From Clostridia bacterium (GTDB lineage: Bacteria > Bacillota > Clostridia > Christensenellales > Aristaeellaceae), in the NCBI GenBank assembly GCA_045599485.1, contig JAZRWA010000020.1:1-15404 (forward strand): a stretch of DNA of 15,404 bases, given 5' to 3'. Position numbers and translations under genes: made by a program. Of the stretch, positions 7,229 through 14,652 are shown one piece after another. The notes beneath the pieces are model-generated. The model saw only the letters and a list, made by a program, of their open reading frames with translations, ran no database searches and was not told the DNA's origin. Position 1 is the stretch's first letter; every line of letters starts with the position of its first letter.

Positions 7229-8350
7229 ATGATCGACAGCAGAAAACACGTATGTCTGGCCACCGCCTCGGCGGGGCTGGAGGGCGTGGTCAAGCGGGAG
7301 CTTCTCTCCCTGGGCTTTGAAGACGCCAAGGCGGAGCTGGGCGCCGTGCGCTTCACCGCCGATTACGCGGGCATGATGAAGGCCTGTCTGTGGCTGGCGT
7401 GTGCCGACCGCGTACTCATTGTGGTCAGGGAAGGCCACGCCGAGACCTTTGAAGACCTTTTTCAGCTGGTATTGAGGGCGCCGTGGAGCGATTATCTGCC
7501 CAAGGATGCCGCCATCCCCGTGTCGGGGCGCTGCTCGCGCAGCAAGCTGATGTCCGTGCGCGACTGCCAGGCCATCACCAAAAAGGCCATTGTGGAGCAC
7601 ATGAAGCGCGCCTTCCACACGCAGCTTTTGCCCGAAACGGGCCCGCGCTTTCAGGTCGATGTGGCCCTGCACGGCGACACGGCGCGCTTGACGCTGGATG
7701 CCAGCGGCGAGGCGCTCAACCGCCGCGGCTACCGCACCTGGAACGGCGAAGCGCCCCTGCGCGAAACGCTGGCCGCCGCCATGGCGCGCCTGGCCTTCTG
7801 GGACAAGCGTCAGCCCCTGCACGATCCCTGCTGCGGCACGGGCACGCTGCTCATTGAAGCGGCCTTTTACGCCGCGCGCCGCGCGCCGGGGCTGAACCGC
7901 TCCTTTGACCTGGAGCGCTGGCCGTATGCCGACGCGCGCGAGCTTTCCCGCCTGCGGGAGGAGGCCGCCGCCGCCTTTGACCCGTCCCTCATTCCCCCCA
8001 TCACGGGCAGCGACCTCGATCCCAACGCTTTGGAGCTGTGCCACCGCCACATCCGTCAGGCGGGGCTGGAATCCTACATCCGCGTTTACCCTGCCGACCT
8101 GCGGCAGCTGACGGTTGAGGGGCCTTCGCCGTGCTTTATTGCCAACCCGCCCTACGGCGAGCGCCTTGGCGACAAAAAGCAATGCGAAGAATTGTACCGC
8201 GCCTTTAAGCCCCTCATGCTGCGCCACCCCGGCTGCAGCCTGAACCTGATCACCTCCCACCCCGGCTTTGAGCGCGTTGCCGGCCTGCGCAGCCGCAAAA
8301 AGACGCGCATGTACAACGGCCGCCTCGAGTGCGATTACATGAGGTTTTGA
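7229..8350 (+). CDS. THUMP-domain class I SAM-dependent RNA methyltransferase (COG0116, RlmL/YpsC-like)
   Basis: 373 aa. The N-terminus ATASAGLEGVVKRELLSLGF is typical of the family. SAM motif DPCCGTGTLLIEAA and catalytic NPPYGERLG. RBS GAAAGGA (7215-7221). Stop TGA. Confidence 0.85.
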   Translation: MIDSRKHVCLATASAGLEGVVKRELLSLGFEDAKAELGAVRFTADYAGMMKACLWLACADRVLIVVREGHAETFEDLFQLVLRAPWSDYLPKDAAIPVSGRCSRSKLMSVRDCQAITKKAIVEHMKRAFHTQLLPETGPRFQVDVALHGDTARLTLDASGEALNRRGYRTWNGEAPLRETLAAAMARLAFWDKRQPLHDPCCGTGTLLIEAAFYAARRAPGLNRSFDLERWPYADARELSRLREEAAAAFDPSLIPPITGSDLDPNALELCHRHIRQAGLESYIRVYPADLRQLTVEGPSPCFIANPPYGERLGDKKQCEELYRAFKPLMLRHPGCSLNLITSHPGFERVAGLRSRKKTRMYNGRLECDYMRF

Positions 8351-8374
8351 CGAAGGATTTTGACGAAAGGTTTT

Positions 8375-8439
8375 GCAGGGGAACCACGCTTTCCGAAGCC
8401 GGAAAGCATGGTTCCCCTGCACCCCTCCGAGAAAGGGCA
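8375..8439 (+). repeat. Type-1 structured repeat, copy A2
   Basis: Matches 2682-2746 exactly by eye across hairpin and tail. It starts 24 nt after the methyltransferase stop. A degenerate half-copy with the tail CCGAGAAATGGAAAACTTTATTGCACAGCAC follows at about 8507-8560. Confidence 0.9.
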
Positions 8440-8553
8440 AACTTTATTGCGCAGCACAGCACCCTTGCACGTACGAAAGTTGCTTTCAGCAAAACAAGGG
8501 GAGTTCAGCATGCTCTTCCCAAGCCTGCCCCGAGAAATGGAAAACTTTATTGC

Positions 8554-8586
8554 ACAGCACCCCAGCCCGGATGCTGTTTGTTTTTT
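8554..8586 (+). terminator. Possible Rho-independent terminator
   Basis: CAGCACCC / GGATGCTG stem with one mismatch, followed by TTTGTTTTTT. Confidence 0.4.
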
Positions 8587-8723
8587 CCCGCCGCTTTTCC
8601 CTTGTTCATGTGCCGTTTTTTACCAACACTGCCATTGACAGAAAGCCTCTTTTTGACATACAATAAGTGTATAATTCAGGAAAATTTCCGCCATATCGGC
8701 GGGTAAAAGAAAGGAAATCAAAC

Positions 8724-9893
8724 ATGCTTCAGAAAAAGTGTGTAGCCATGCTGTTGGCCGGCGGTCAGGGCAGCCGTTTGGGCGTGCTGACCAAGCATAT
8801 GGCCAAGCCCGCCGTTCCCTTCGGCGGCAAATACAGGATCATTGACTTCCCGCTGTCCAACTGCACCAACAGCGGCATTGACACCGTGGGTGTTCTGACG
8901 CAGTATCGTCCTCTGGAGCTGAATGCCTACATCGGCAACGGCGCCCCCTGGGATCTGGACGTCAACAACGGCGGCGTGTACGTGCTGCCCCCCTATCAGA
9001 CCGGCGCCACCGGCGAATGGTACAGCGGCACCGCCAACGCCATTTACCAGAACCTGGCCTTTATTGCCCAGTACAATCCCGAGCATGTGCTCATCCTGTC
9101 CGGTGACCACATCTACAAGATGGATTACAACGACATGCTGCGCCACCACATCGATACCGATGCCGACGTGACCATTGCCGTCCGTCAGGTGCCGTGGGAG
9201 GATGCCAGCCGTTTCGGCCTGATGAACACCGATGCCTCCGGCCGCATCATTGAGTTTGAAGAGAAGCCCAAGAACCCCAAGAGCAACAACGCCTCCATGG
9301 GTGTGTACATCTTCAAGTGGGAAAAGCTCCGCGATTATCTGATCGCCGACGAAGCCAACCCCAACAGCTCCAACGACTTTGGCAAAAACATCATCCCCAA
9401 CATGCTCAATGACGGCTGCATGATGAGCGCCTACAACTTCAACGATTACTGGAAGGACGTCGGCACCATCGACTCCCTGTGGGAGTCCAACATGGACCTG
9501 CTGACCGATCCCCTGCCCATTGACCTGTATGACCGCAAGTGGCGCGTGTATGCCCGCAACTTCGGCTCTCTGCCCCAGTACATCGCCGACGGCGCTGTCG
9601 TCAAGGATGCCCTGGTGACCGAAGGCTGCGAAGTGTACGGCACCGTGGAGCACAGCGTGCTGTCCACCGACGTCAAGGTGGAAGAAGGCGCTGTCGTCAA
9701 GGACAGCGTGATCCTGCCCGGCGCCACCATCAAAAAGGGCGCTGTGGTCATCCGCGCCATCGTGGCGGAAAAGGCCGTCATCGGTGAAAACGCCGTGGTC
9801 GGCGCCGAAGGCGGCGAGATCGCCGTGGTCGGCAATAATACCACTATTCCCGAGGGCGGCACCGTCGCTCCCGGCGAACAGGTTGGCGAGTAA
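8724..9893 (+). CDS. glgC: Glucose-1-phosphate adenylyltransferase (ADP-glucose pyrophosphorylase catalytic subunit)
   Basis: [40 protein letters not shown] and a C-terminal left-handed beta-helix repeat region. ATG 8724 with GAAAGGAAA upstream; the track ORF begins earlier at 8667. Stop TAA. Confidence 0.92.
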   Translation: MLQKKCVAMLLAGGQGSRLGVLTKHMAKPAVPFGGKYRIIDFPLSNCTNSGIDTVGVLTQYRPLELNAYIGNGAPWDLDVNNGGVYVLPPYQTGATGEWYSGTANAIYQNLAFIAQYNPEHVLILSGDHIYKMDYNDMLRHHIDTDADVTIAVRQVPWEDASRFGLMNTDASGRIIEFEEKPKNPKSNNASMGVYIFKWEKLRDYLIADEANPNSSNDFGKNIIPNMLNDGCMMSAYNFNDYWKDVGTIDSLWESNMDLLTDPLPIDLYDRKWRVYARNFGSLPQYIADGAVVKDALVTEGCEVYGTVEHSVLSTDVKVEEGAVVKDSVILPGATIKKGAVVIRAIVAEKAVIGENAVVGAEGGEIAVVGNNTTIPEGGTVAPGEQVGE

Positions 9894-9908
9894 AGGAGGC
9901 GGCCGAAT

Positions 9909-11030
9909 ATGAACAATCTGATGGGTCTGATCTTCACCGGTGAAAACCTCGGTCATCTGGGCACCCTGACCGCCATGCGCGATGTGGCGGCTGTGCCTGT
10001 GGCCTCCCGTTACCGCATTGTGGACTTTATCATCTCCTCCATGGTCAACAGCGGCGCCCGCAACGTGGGCCTGATCGTGCAGCAGAACTACCACAGCCTG
10101 ATGGATCATCTGGGCACCGGCAAGGAATGGGACCTGCACGGCAAGCGCCGCAGCCTGACCATTCTGCCCCCCTACACCATGCCCGGCAGCATCGGCATGT
10201 ACAACGGCCTGCTGGACAGCATCAAGAGCAACATCCACTTCCTGCGCCGCTGCACCGAGCGCTATGTGGTGGTCACCGAAGCCAACATGCTCTACACCGC
10301 GCGCTTTGACGAAATGCTCGCCAAGCACGTGGAAACGAACGCTGACATCACCGTGATGTACAACAGCGATCCCGCCCTCATCCGCAGCAGCTGGGGCCGC
10401 TACATCAATGTGGCGGTGGACGGCCGTGTCACCGATCTGGAGATCAACCCCGTGCTGCCCAACAACTCCAAGAGCATGATGGGTGCCTTCATCATCCGCC
10501 GTGAGCTGCTCATTGAGCTGGTGGACCGCGCCATTGCCCGCGGCCAGTATCACTTCACCCGTGAGGTGCTCATCGACGCCATCCACAACGGCACCTACAA
10601 GGTGTACGGCTGGGAAAACACCAACAAGGTGTGGCGCATCGAAAACGTCAACGATTATTACAACGCCTCCATGGATCTGCTGTGCAGCGATTCCAAGGCG
10701 TCCCTGTTCAAGCCCGAGTGGCCCATCCTCACCCCTGTGCATGACGAAATGTCCTCCCGTCTGTGCCCCGGCTCCCAGGTCAAAAACAGCCTGATCGCCG
10801 ATGGCTGCAAGATCGAGGGCACCGTTGAAAACTGCGTCATCTTCCGCGGTGTGCAGATCAAAAAGGGTGCTGTGGTGCGCAACTGCGTCATCATGCAGGA
10901 CAGCATGATCATGGAAAACGCGCATCTGGAGGGCGTCATCCTGGACAAGGAGTGCATCGTGCGCGAGGAAGTGGTCATGATCTCTCCCAAGTCCTGCCCG
11001 AACGTGCTGCCCAAGGGCGCTGTCATCTAA
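9909..11030 (+). CDS. glgD: Glucose-1-phosphate adenylyltransferase subunit GlgD (non-catalytic)
   Basis: GlgC paralogue lacking the GGxGxRL signature (IFTGENLGHLGTLT), with RYRIVDF present. AGGAGG at 9894-9899. Lies directly downstream of glgC, as in Firmicutes glgCD pairs. Confidence 0.9.
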   Translation: MNNLMGLIFTGENLGHLGTLTAMRDVAAVPVASRYRIVDFIISSMVNSGARNVGLIVQQNYHSLMDHLGTGKEWDLHGKRRSLTILPPYTMPGSIGMYNGLLDSIKSNIHFLRRCTERYVVVTEANMLYTARFDEMLAKHVETNADITVMYNSDPALIRSSWGRYINVAVDGRVTDLEINPVLPNNSKSMMGAFIIRRELLIELVDRAIARGQYHFTREVLIDAIHNGTYKVYGWENTNKVWRIENVNDYYNASMDLLCSDSKASLFKPEWPILTPVHDEMSSRLCPGSQVKNSLIADGCKIEGTVENCVIFRGVQIKKGAVVRNCVIMQDSMIMENAHLEGVILDKECIVREEVVMISPKSCPNVLPKGAVI

Positions 11031-11042
11031 ATAACATTTTTT

Positions 11043-11100
11043 GCAGGGGAACCACGCTTTCAGGGCCTGAAAGCATGGTTCCCCTGCACCCTTCCAGAAA
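11043..11100 (+). repeat. Type-1 structured repeat, copy A3
   Basis: GCAGGGGAACCACGCTTTCAGGGCCTGAAAGCATGGTTCCCCTGC (11043-11087) plus a degenerate tail. It starts 12 nt after the glgD stop. Confidence 0.85.
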
Positions 11101-11116
11101 TAATAATCATCATTAA

Positions 11117-11160
11117 GGGGGAAAGGTACGCTTTTCAAAGCCGAAAAGCATGCCCGCCCC
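11117..11160 (+). repeat. Type-1 structured repeat, degenerate copy
   Basis: GGGGGAAAGGTACGCTTTTCAAAGCCGAAAAGCATGCCCGCCCC retains the central core, but the outer stem is decayed. Confidence 0.6.
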
Positions 11161-11183
11161 AAACCTCGATAATAAAGTAATAA

Positions 11184-11258
11184 GGGGGAGAGGTACGCTT
11201 TTCGAAGCCGAAAAGCATACCTCTCCCCCTTTGACCCCCTCACGGAGAAAAGGCGGTC
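11184..11258 (+). repeat. Type-1 structured repeat, copy B2
   Basis: The 46-nt hairpin is identical to 2764-2809. Tail TTTGACCCCCTCACGGAGAAAAGGCGGTC. Confidence 0.9.
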
Positions 11259-11276
11259 TATAACATACATCATAAC

Positions 11277-11325
11277 ACCCTTGCCTCGATGAGAATATCT
11301 TCATCAAAGCAAGGGTACTTTTTTA
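11277..11325 (+). terminator. Type-2 hairpin repeat, probably acting as the glgD terminator
   Basis: ACCCTTGCCTCGATGA / TCATCAAAGCAAGGGT stem (two C:A mismatches) followed by ACTTTTTT. Confidence 0.5.
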
Positions 11326-11334
11326 CAATTCAAT

Positions 11335-11362
11335 ACCCTTGCACTGGCATTCATGCAAGGGT
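11335..11362. repeat. Short type-2-like hairpin
   Basis: ACCCTTGCA (11335-11343), 10-nt loop, TGCAAGGGT (11354-11362). Confidence 0.5.
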
Positions 11363-11383
11363 GTAACGCACAGGATATCATAC

Positions 11384-11449
11384 TGCCCTTTCTCGGAGGG
11401 GATTAAAAGGGGAACCATGCTTTCCGGCTTCGGAAAGCGTGGTTCCCCT
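11384..11449 (-). repeat. Type-1 structured repeat, inverted copy
   Basis: Inverted tail TGCCCTTTCTCGGAGGGG (11384-11401), then hairpin AGGGGAACCATGCTTTCCGGCTTCGGAAAGCGTGGTTCCCCT (11408-11449). It lies 16 nt downstream of the minus-strand glgA stop. Confidence 0.9.
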
Positions 11450-11465
11450 TTGAAAATCGTCTTTC

Positions 11466-13154
11466 TTACTCCGCGTCGGCTTTCTTCGCGGCAGGCTTGC
11501 GGGTGCGCTTGGGCTTGGCAGGCGCTTCTTCCCCCTCCGCAGCGGGCTTCTTCGCAGCAGGCTTGCGGGTACGCTTGGGCTTCGCGGGCGCTTCCTCGGC
11601 CACGGCTTCGATCACGACCTCTTCCACCACGGGCGTTACGATCTCCTCGTCCGCGGGCGCTTCGGCCACCGCAGGCACGGCCGCTTCCGCCGCGTCCTCC
11701 GCCACGGGGGCGGGGGCGCTGGGCAGCATGCTGGCGTACAGGGACTCATACACCTCAGCGGAGTGCGTCCAGCTGTAATCGCCCTCCATGCCGCGCACCA
11801 TCAGGTTCTGCCACACATCGCTCTTCTCGCGGAAGTAGCGCACCGCACGGCGGATGGTAAACAGCATGTCATGCGCGTTGTAGTTGAAGAAGGTAAAGCC
11901 GTTGCCGGCGTTGTTGTAATGGTTGTAGCTCAGCACGGTATCACGCAGGCCGCCGGTCTCGCGCACGATGGGCACGCAGCCATAGCGCAGGGCGATCATC
12001 TGGGTGAGGCCGCAGGGCTCAAAGCGGCTGGGCATCAGCATCATGTCGGCACCGGCATAAATGCGGTGCGCCAGACCGTTATCCATCTGGAAGCGGGCGG
12101 CGACACGGCCGGGATACTGCTGCTCCGCCCAGCTGAAGAGGTTGACATAGCGGCTTTCGCCCATGCCCAGCACCACCAGCTGCACGTTTTCTTCCATGAT
12201 CTGGCCGATCACGTGATCCACCAGGTCCAGGCCCTTCTGGCTGGACAGGCGGGTGACCATGCCGATGACGGGCACGGAGGGATCGACGTTGAGCCCCAGC
12301 TCCTGCTGCAGGCTTTCCTTGCAGGCGGCACGGCCGCTCATATCGGCAAGGCTGTAATTGAAGGGGATCAGCGCGTCATCCGCGGGGTTCCAGGCGTTGA
12401 TGTCGATGCCGTTGAGCACGCCGGACAGGTTGGCACGGCGGGAACGGAGCAGGCCATCCATGCGCTCACCGTAATAGGTGGTCTGGATCTCCTCGGCATA
12501 GCTGGGGGACACGGTGGTGATCTCATCGGAATACACCAGCGCGGCCTTCATAAAGTTGGCGCAGCCGAAGCTGGCCAGCTTGTCCTCGGTGAAGTCGCCC
12601 TCGTTCAGGCTCAGCACATCGCGCAGCTGATCGATGCCGAACACGCCCTGATACTGCAGGTTGTGGATGGTGTACACCGTGCGGATGCCCTGATAGAAAT
12701 CCACACCGCTGTACTGGATCTTGAGCAGCGCGGGGATCATGCCAGCCTGCCAGTCATGGGCGTGCAGAATGTCGGGCTTGAAGCCCAGCAGGCGCATGCC
12801 CTCCAGCACAGCACGGTCAAAGAAGGCATAACGCTCGTACTCGTCGCCGCCCGCGCCGTACACATAATCACGCTTGAAGTAGTATTCGTTGTCGATAAAG
12901 TACCACTTGACGCCCTCGGCCTCGATCAGCTCGATGCCGCAGTACTGCTTTCTCCAGCCCAGAGTGACTTCAAAATTCATCACATGGGTCATGGCATCCT
13001 TGTACTTGTCGGGGATCATGCCGTACTTGGGGATCATGACCGCCACATCATTGCCGCGCTTGGCCAGCACGGGCGCCAGAGCGCCCACCACGTCCGCCAG
13101 ACCGCCGGTCTTGATGAAGGGCACGCATTCGCTCGCCGCAAACAAAATCTTCAT
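11466..13154 (-). CDS. glgA: Glycogen synthase (ADP-glucose type) with an unusual ~84-aa low-complexity C-terminal extension
   Basis: MKILFAASECVPFIKTGGLADV (KTGGL motif), then typical GT5 features. ATG at 13152-13154 is preceded by AAGGAG on the minus strand. The track ORF extends to 13343 through repeat DNA, and I reject that extension. Stop TAA 11466-11468. Confidence 0.92.
   Translation of the reverse strand: MKILFAASECVPFIKTGGLADVVGALAPVLAKRGNDVAVMIPKYGMIPDKYKDAMTHVMNFEVTLGWRKQYCGIELIEAEGVKWYFIDNEYYFKRDYVYGAGGDEYERYAFFDRAVLEGMRLLGFKPDILHAHDWQAGMIPALLKIQYSGVDFYQGIRTVYTIHNLQYQGVFGIDQLRDVLSLNEGDFTEDKLASFGCANFMKAALVYSDEITTVSPSYAEEIQTTYYGERMDGLLRSRRANLSGVLNGIDINAWNPADDALIPFNYSLADMSGRAACKESLQQELGLNVDPSVPVIGMVTRLSSQKGLDLVDHVIGQIMEENVQLVVLGMGESRYVNLFSWAEQQYPGRVAARFQMDNGLAHRIYAGADMMLMPSRFEPCGLTQMIALRYGCVPIVRETGGLRDTVLSYNHYNNAGNGFTFFNYNAHDMLFTIRRAVRYFREKSDVWQNLMVRGMEGDYSWTHSAEVYESLYASMLPSAPAPVAEDAAEAAVPAVAEAPADEEIVTPVVEEVVIEAVAEEAPAKPKRTRKPAAKKPAAEGEEAPAKPKRTRKPAAKKADAE
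11481..11598 (-). repeat. 66-nt-period tandem duplication inside the glgA 3' end
   Basis: 11481-11532 and 11547-11598 are near-identical. Each encodes EEAPAKPKRTRKPAAKK. Confidence 0.85.
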
Positions 13155-13224
13155 ATGGGTAATTCTCCTTAAAATAGAATGAATTATGATATTACAACAT
13201 CGGTTTTCACACAAAACCAGCTTC

Positions 13225-13253
13225 ATAATACCACATTTTGCCGCTTTACGCAA
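13225..13253 (-). promoter_or_regulatory. Candidate glgA promoter
   Basis: The minus strand reads TTGCGT (13253-13248), 17-nt spacer, TGgTATTAT with -10 at 13230-13225. Confidence 0.45.
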
Positions 13254-13279
13254 GGGAACGGCAGCATTGGATGTTGATC

Positions 13280-13486
13280 GGGGAGGGTACGCTTTTCGTG
13301 CCGAAAAGCATGCCCTCCCCCAACCCCTCCTGAGAAAAGGCAATCATGATCATACAGCATAACACCCCTGCTCCGATGACAGATTTCTTCATCCAAAGCA
13401 AGGGTACAATTATTTGATGAAATGATTGCTTTTTCTCGGAAGGTTTGGAAACCCTGCTTTTTGGCTTCAAAAAGCGTGGTTTCCAA
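13280..13486. repeat. Composite MITE-like element: type-1 hairpin + tail, central type-2 hairpin, inverted tail + type-1 hairpin
   Basis: Left hairpin 13280-13320, tail CAACCCCTCCTGAGAAAAGGCA 13321-13342. CATAACACCCC and the type-2 hairpin at 13363-13405. Inverted tail TGCTTTTTCTCGGAAGGT at 13428-13445, right hairpin TTGGAAACC...GGTTTCCAA at 13445-13486. No ORF. Confidence 0.75.
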
Positions 13487-13499
13487 GAACCCCCGTCCG

Positions 13500-14618
13500 T
13501 TATTCTAATAGCGGCTCGAGCACCGTGTTCATCACGTCCATGCCGCGCTGAGAAAGAAGAAGATGGGAACGTGTCAGCAAAGCACGCCCGTCCGCGATGG
13601 CGGGGGCCAGGGCGGCGCCGTAGCGTGTCATCAGATCCACACCGTAGCGCTGTTTAAATTCTGCAAGCGCAATGCCCTGCGTCAGCCGCATCCCCAGCAT
13701 CACGGCCTCAAACAGCATTTCGTCCGGGCCGATGTGCTCTGTCTCGCCCGCCTCGCCGCCAAGGTACGCGTCCAGCGTTTGCGGGTTGGTGCGGCGGTCA
13801 TTCTGCCACAGGGAGGCCGCGGCGCAGCCGAAGCCCAGGTAATCCTCGCGTTTCCAGCAGTTCACGTTGTGCCGGCATTCCTCGCCCGGCACGGCAAAAT
13901 TGCTGATCTCATACTGCAAAAGCCCATTTTCACGGAAGATACTGCGGCACAGCTCATACTGCGCGCGGTCCTCTTCATCGCCCGGCAGGGTCAGCCGTCC
14001 GTGTGTCAGATCATCATACAGCGGCGTGCCCTCCTACGGGATCAGCGCGTAGCAGCTGATGTGCTTTACGCCCAGCCCCATCACAAAGCGCGCGGTCTGT
14101 TCGGCGTCCCGCATCGTCATGCCGGGGAGTGCCAGCATCATATCGGCATTGAGCCGCTCAATGCCCGCCGTACGCACGATGGCCGCGGCGTTGACCGCGT
14201 CCTATACCGTATGGATGCGCCCGATGCTTTTGAGCAGCCGGTCGCTTGCGCTCTGCACGCCCATCGATACACGGTTGACGCCGCCTTCAAAAAGCGCGGC
14301 GGCTTTTTCCGCCGTGATGGTACCGGGGTTCATTTCGCTGGTCCATTCGGTGTTTTCCGCCAGAGGAAAGCTGTCCCGAACCGCCTGACACAGCCTGTAC
14401 AGCAGTTCTTCCGGCAGCAGCGTGGGCGTGCCTCCGCCAAAGAACACCGTGTCGGCCATGGGATGCCCCAGCGCGTCCGACCGGCGGCGCATTTCCTCCG
14501 CCACCGCGTCCACATAGCGCTGCATATCGTTTTCCCGCCCCGCCCAGCTGGCAAAGTCGCAGTAGCGGCACTTGCTTTTGCAAAACGGCACATGCACGTA
14601 GATTCCCAGATGCTTCAT
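13500..14618 (-). CDS. hemW: Radical SAM heme chaperone / oxygen-independent coproporphyrinogen-III oxidase-like protein (HemW/HemN family). The frame contains two in-frame TAG codons (14202-14204 and 14034-14036).
   Basis: MKHLGIYVHVPFCKSKCRYCDF (CxxxCxxC), FFGGGTP, NRVSMGVQS, GRIHTV-TAG-DAVNAAAIVRTAGIERLNADMMLALPG..., SCYALIP-TAG-EGTPLY..., YEISNFA...HNVNCW. Track ORFs 14202-14618 and 13500-13919 are in the same frame, and I translated the gap with no other stops. RBS GGAGGTG. Stop TAA 13500-13502. Confidence 0.8.
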
Positions 14619-14652
14619 GGCACACCTCCGAGGGGATTATAACACAGATTGT

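Noticed and set aside
8635-8675. Two TTGACA hexamers (8635-8640 and 8653-8658) and a TATAAT (8670-8675) upstream of glgC, considered as a promoter.
   Set aside because: The spacings to the -10 are 29 nt and 11 nt, and neither fits a sigma-A promoter. A promoter is probably in this region, but I cannot define it.
8718-11273. 851-aa ORF on the minus strand opposite glgC and glgD. Similar long antisense ORFs occur at 3464-4780 (+), 11763-13172 (+), 13563-14642 (+), 7145-8440 (-), 1946-2716 (-), 750-1460 (-) and 236-862 (-).
   Set aside because: These are typical stop-poor antisense frames of high-GC coding DNA. Their translations are low-complexity (Gly/Ala/His/Val/Asp-rich) with no recognisable motifs. 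The opposite strand encodes clear GlgC, GlgD, GlgA, HemW, hydrolase, methyltransferase and PrmC homologues.
13155-13343. N-terminal extension of glgA suggested by the ORF track (start at 13343).
   Set aside because: The extension runs through the promoter-like region and the structured repeat. The canonical GlgA N-terminus MKILFAASE begins at 13154 with an AAGGAG RBS.
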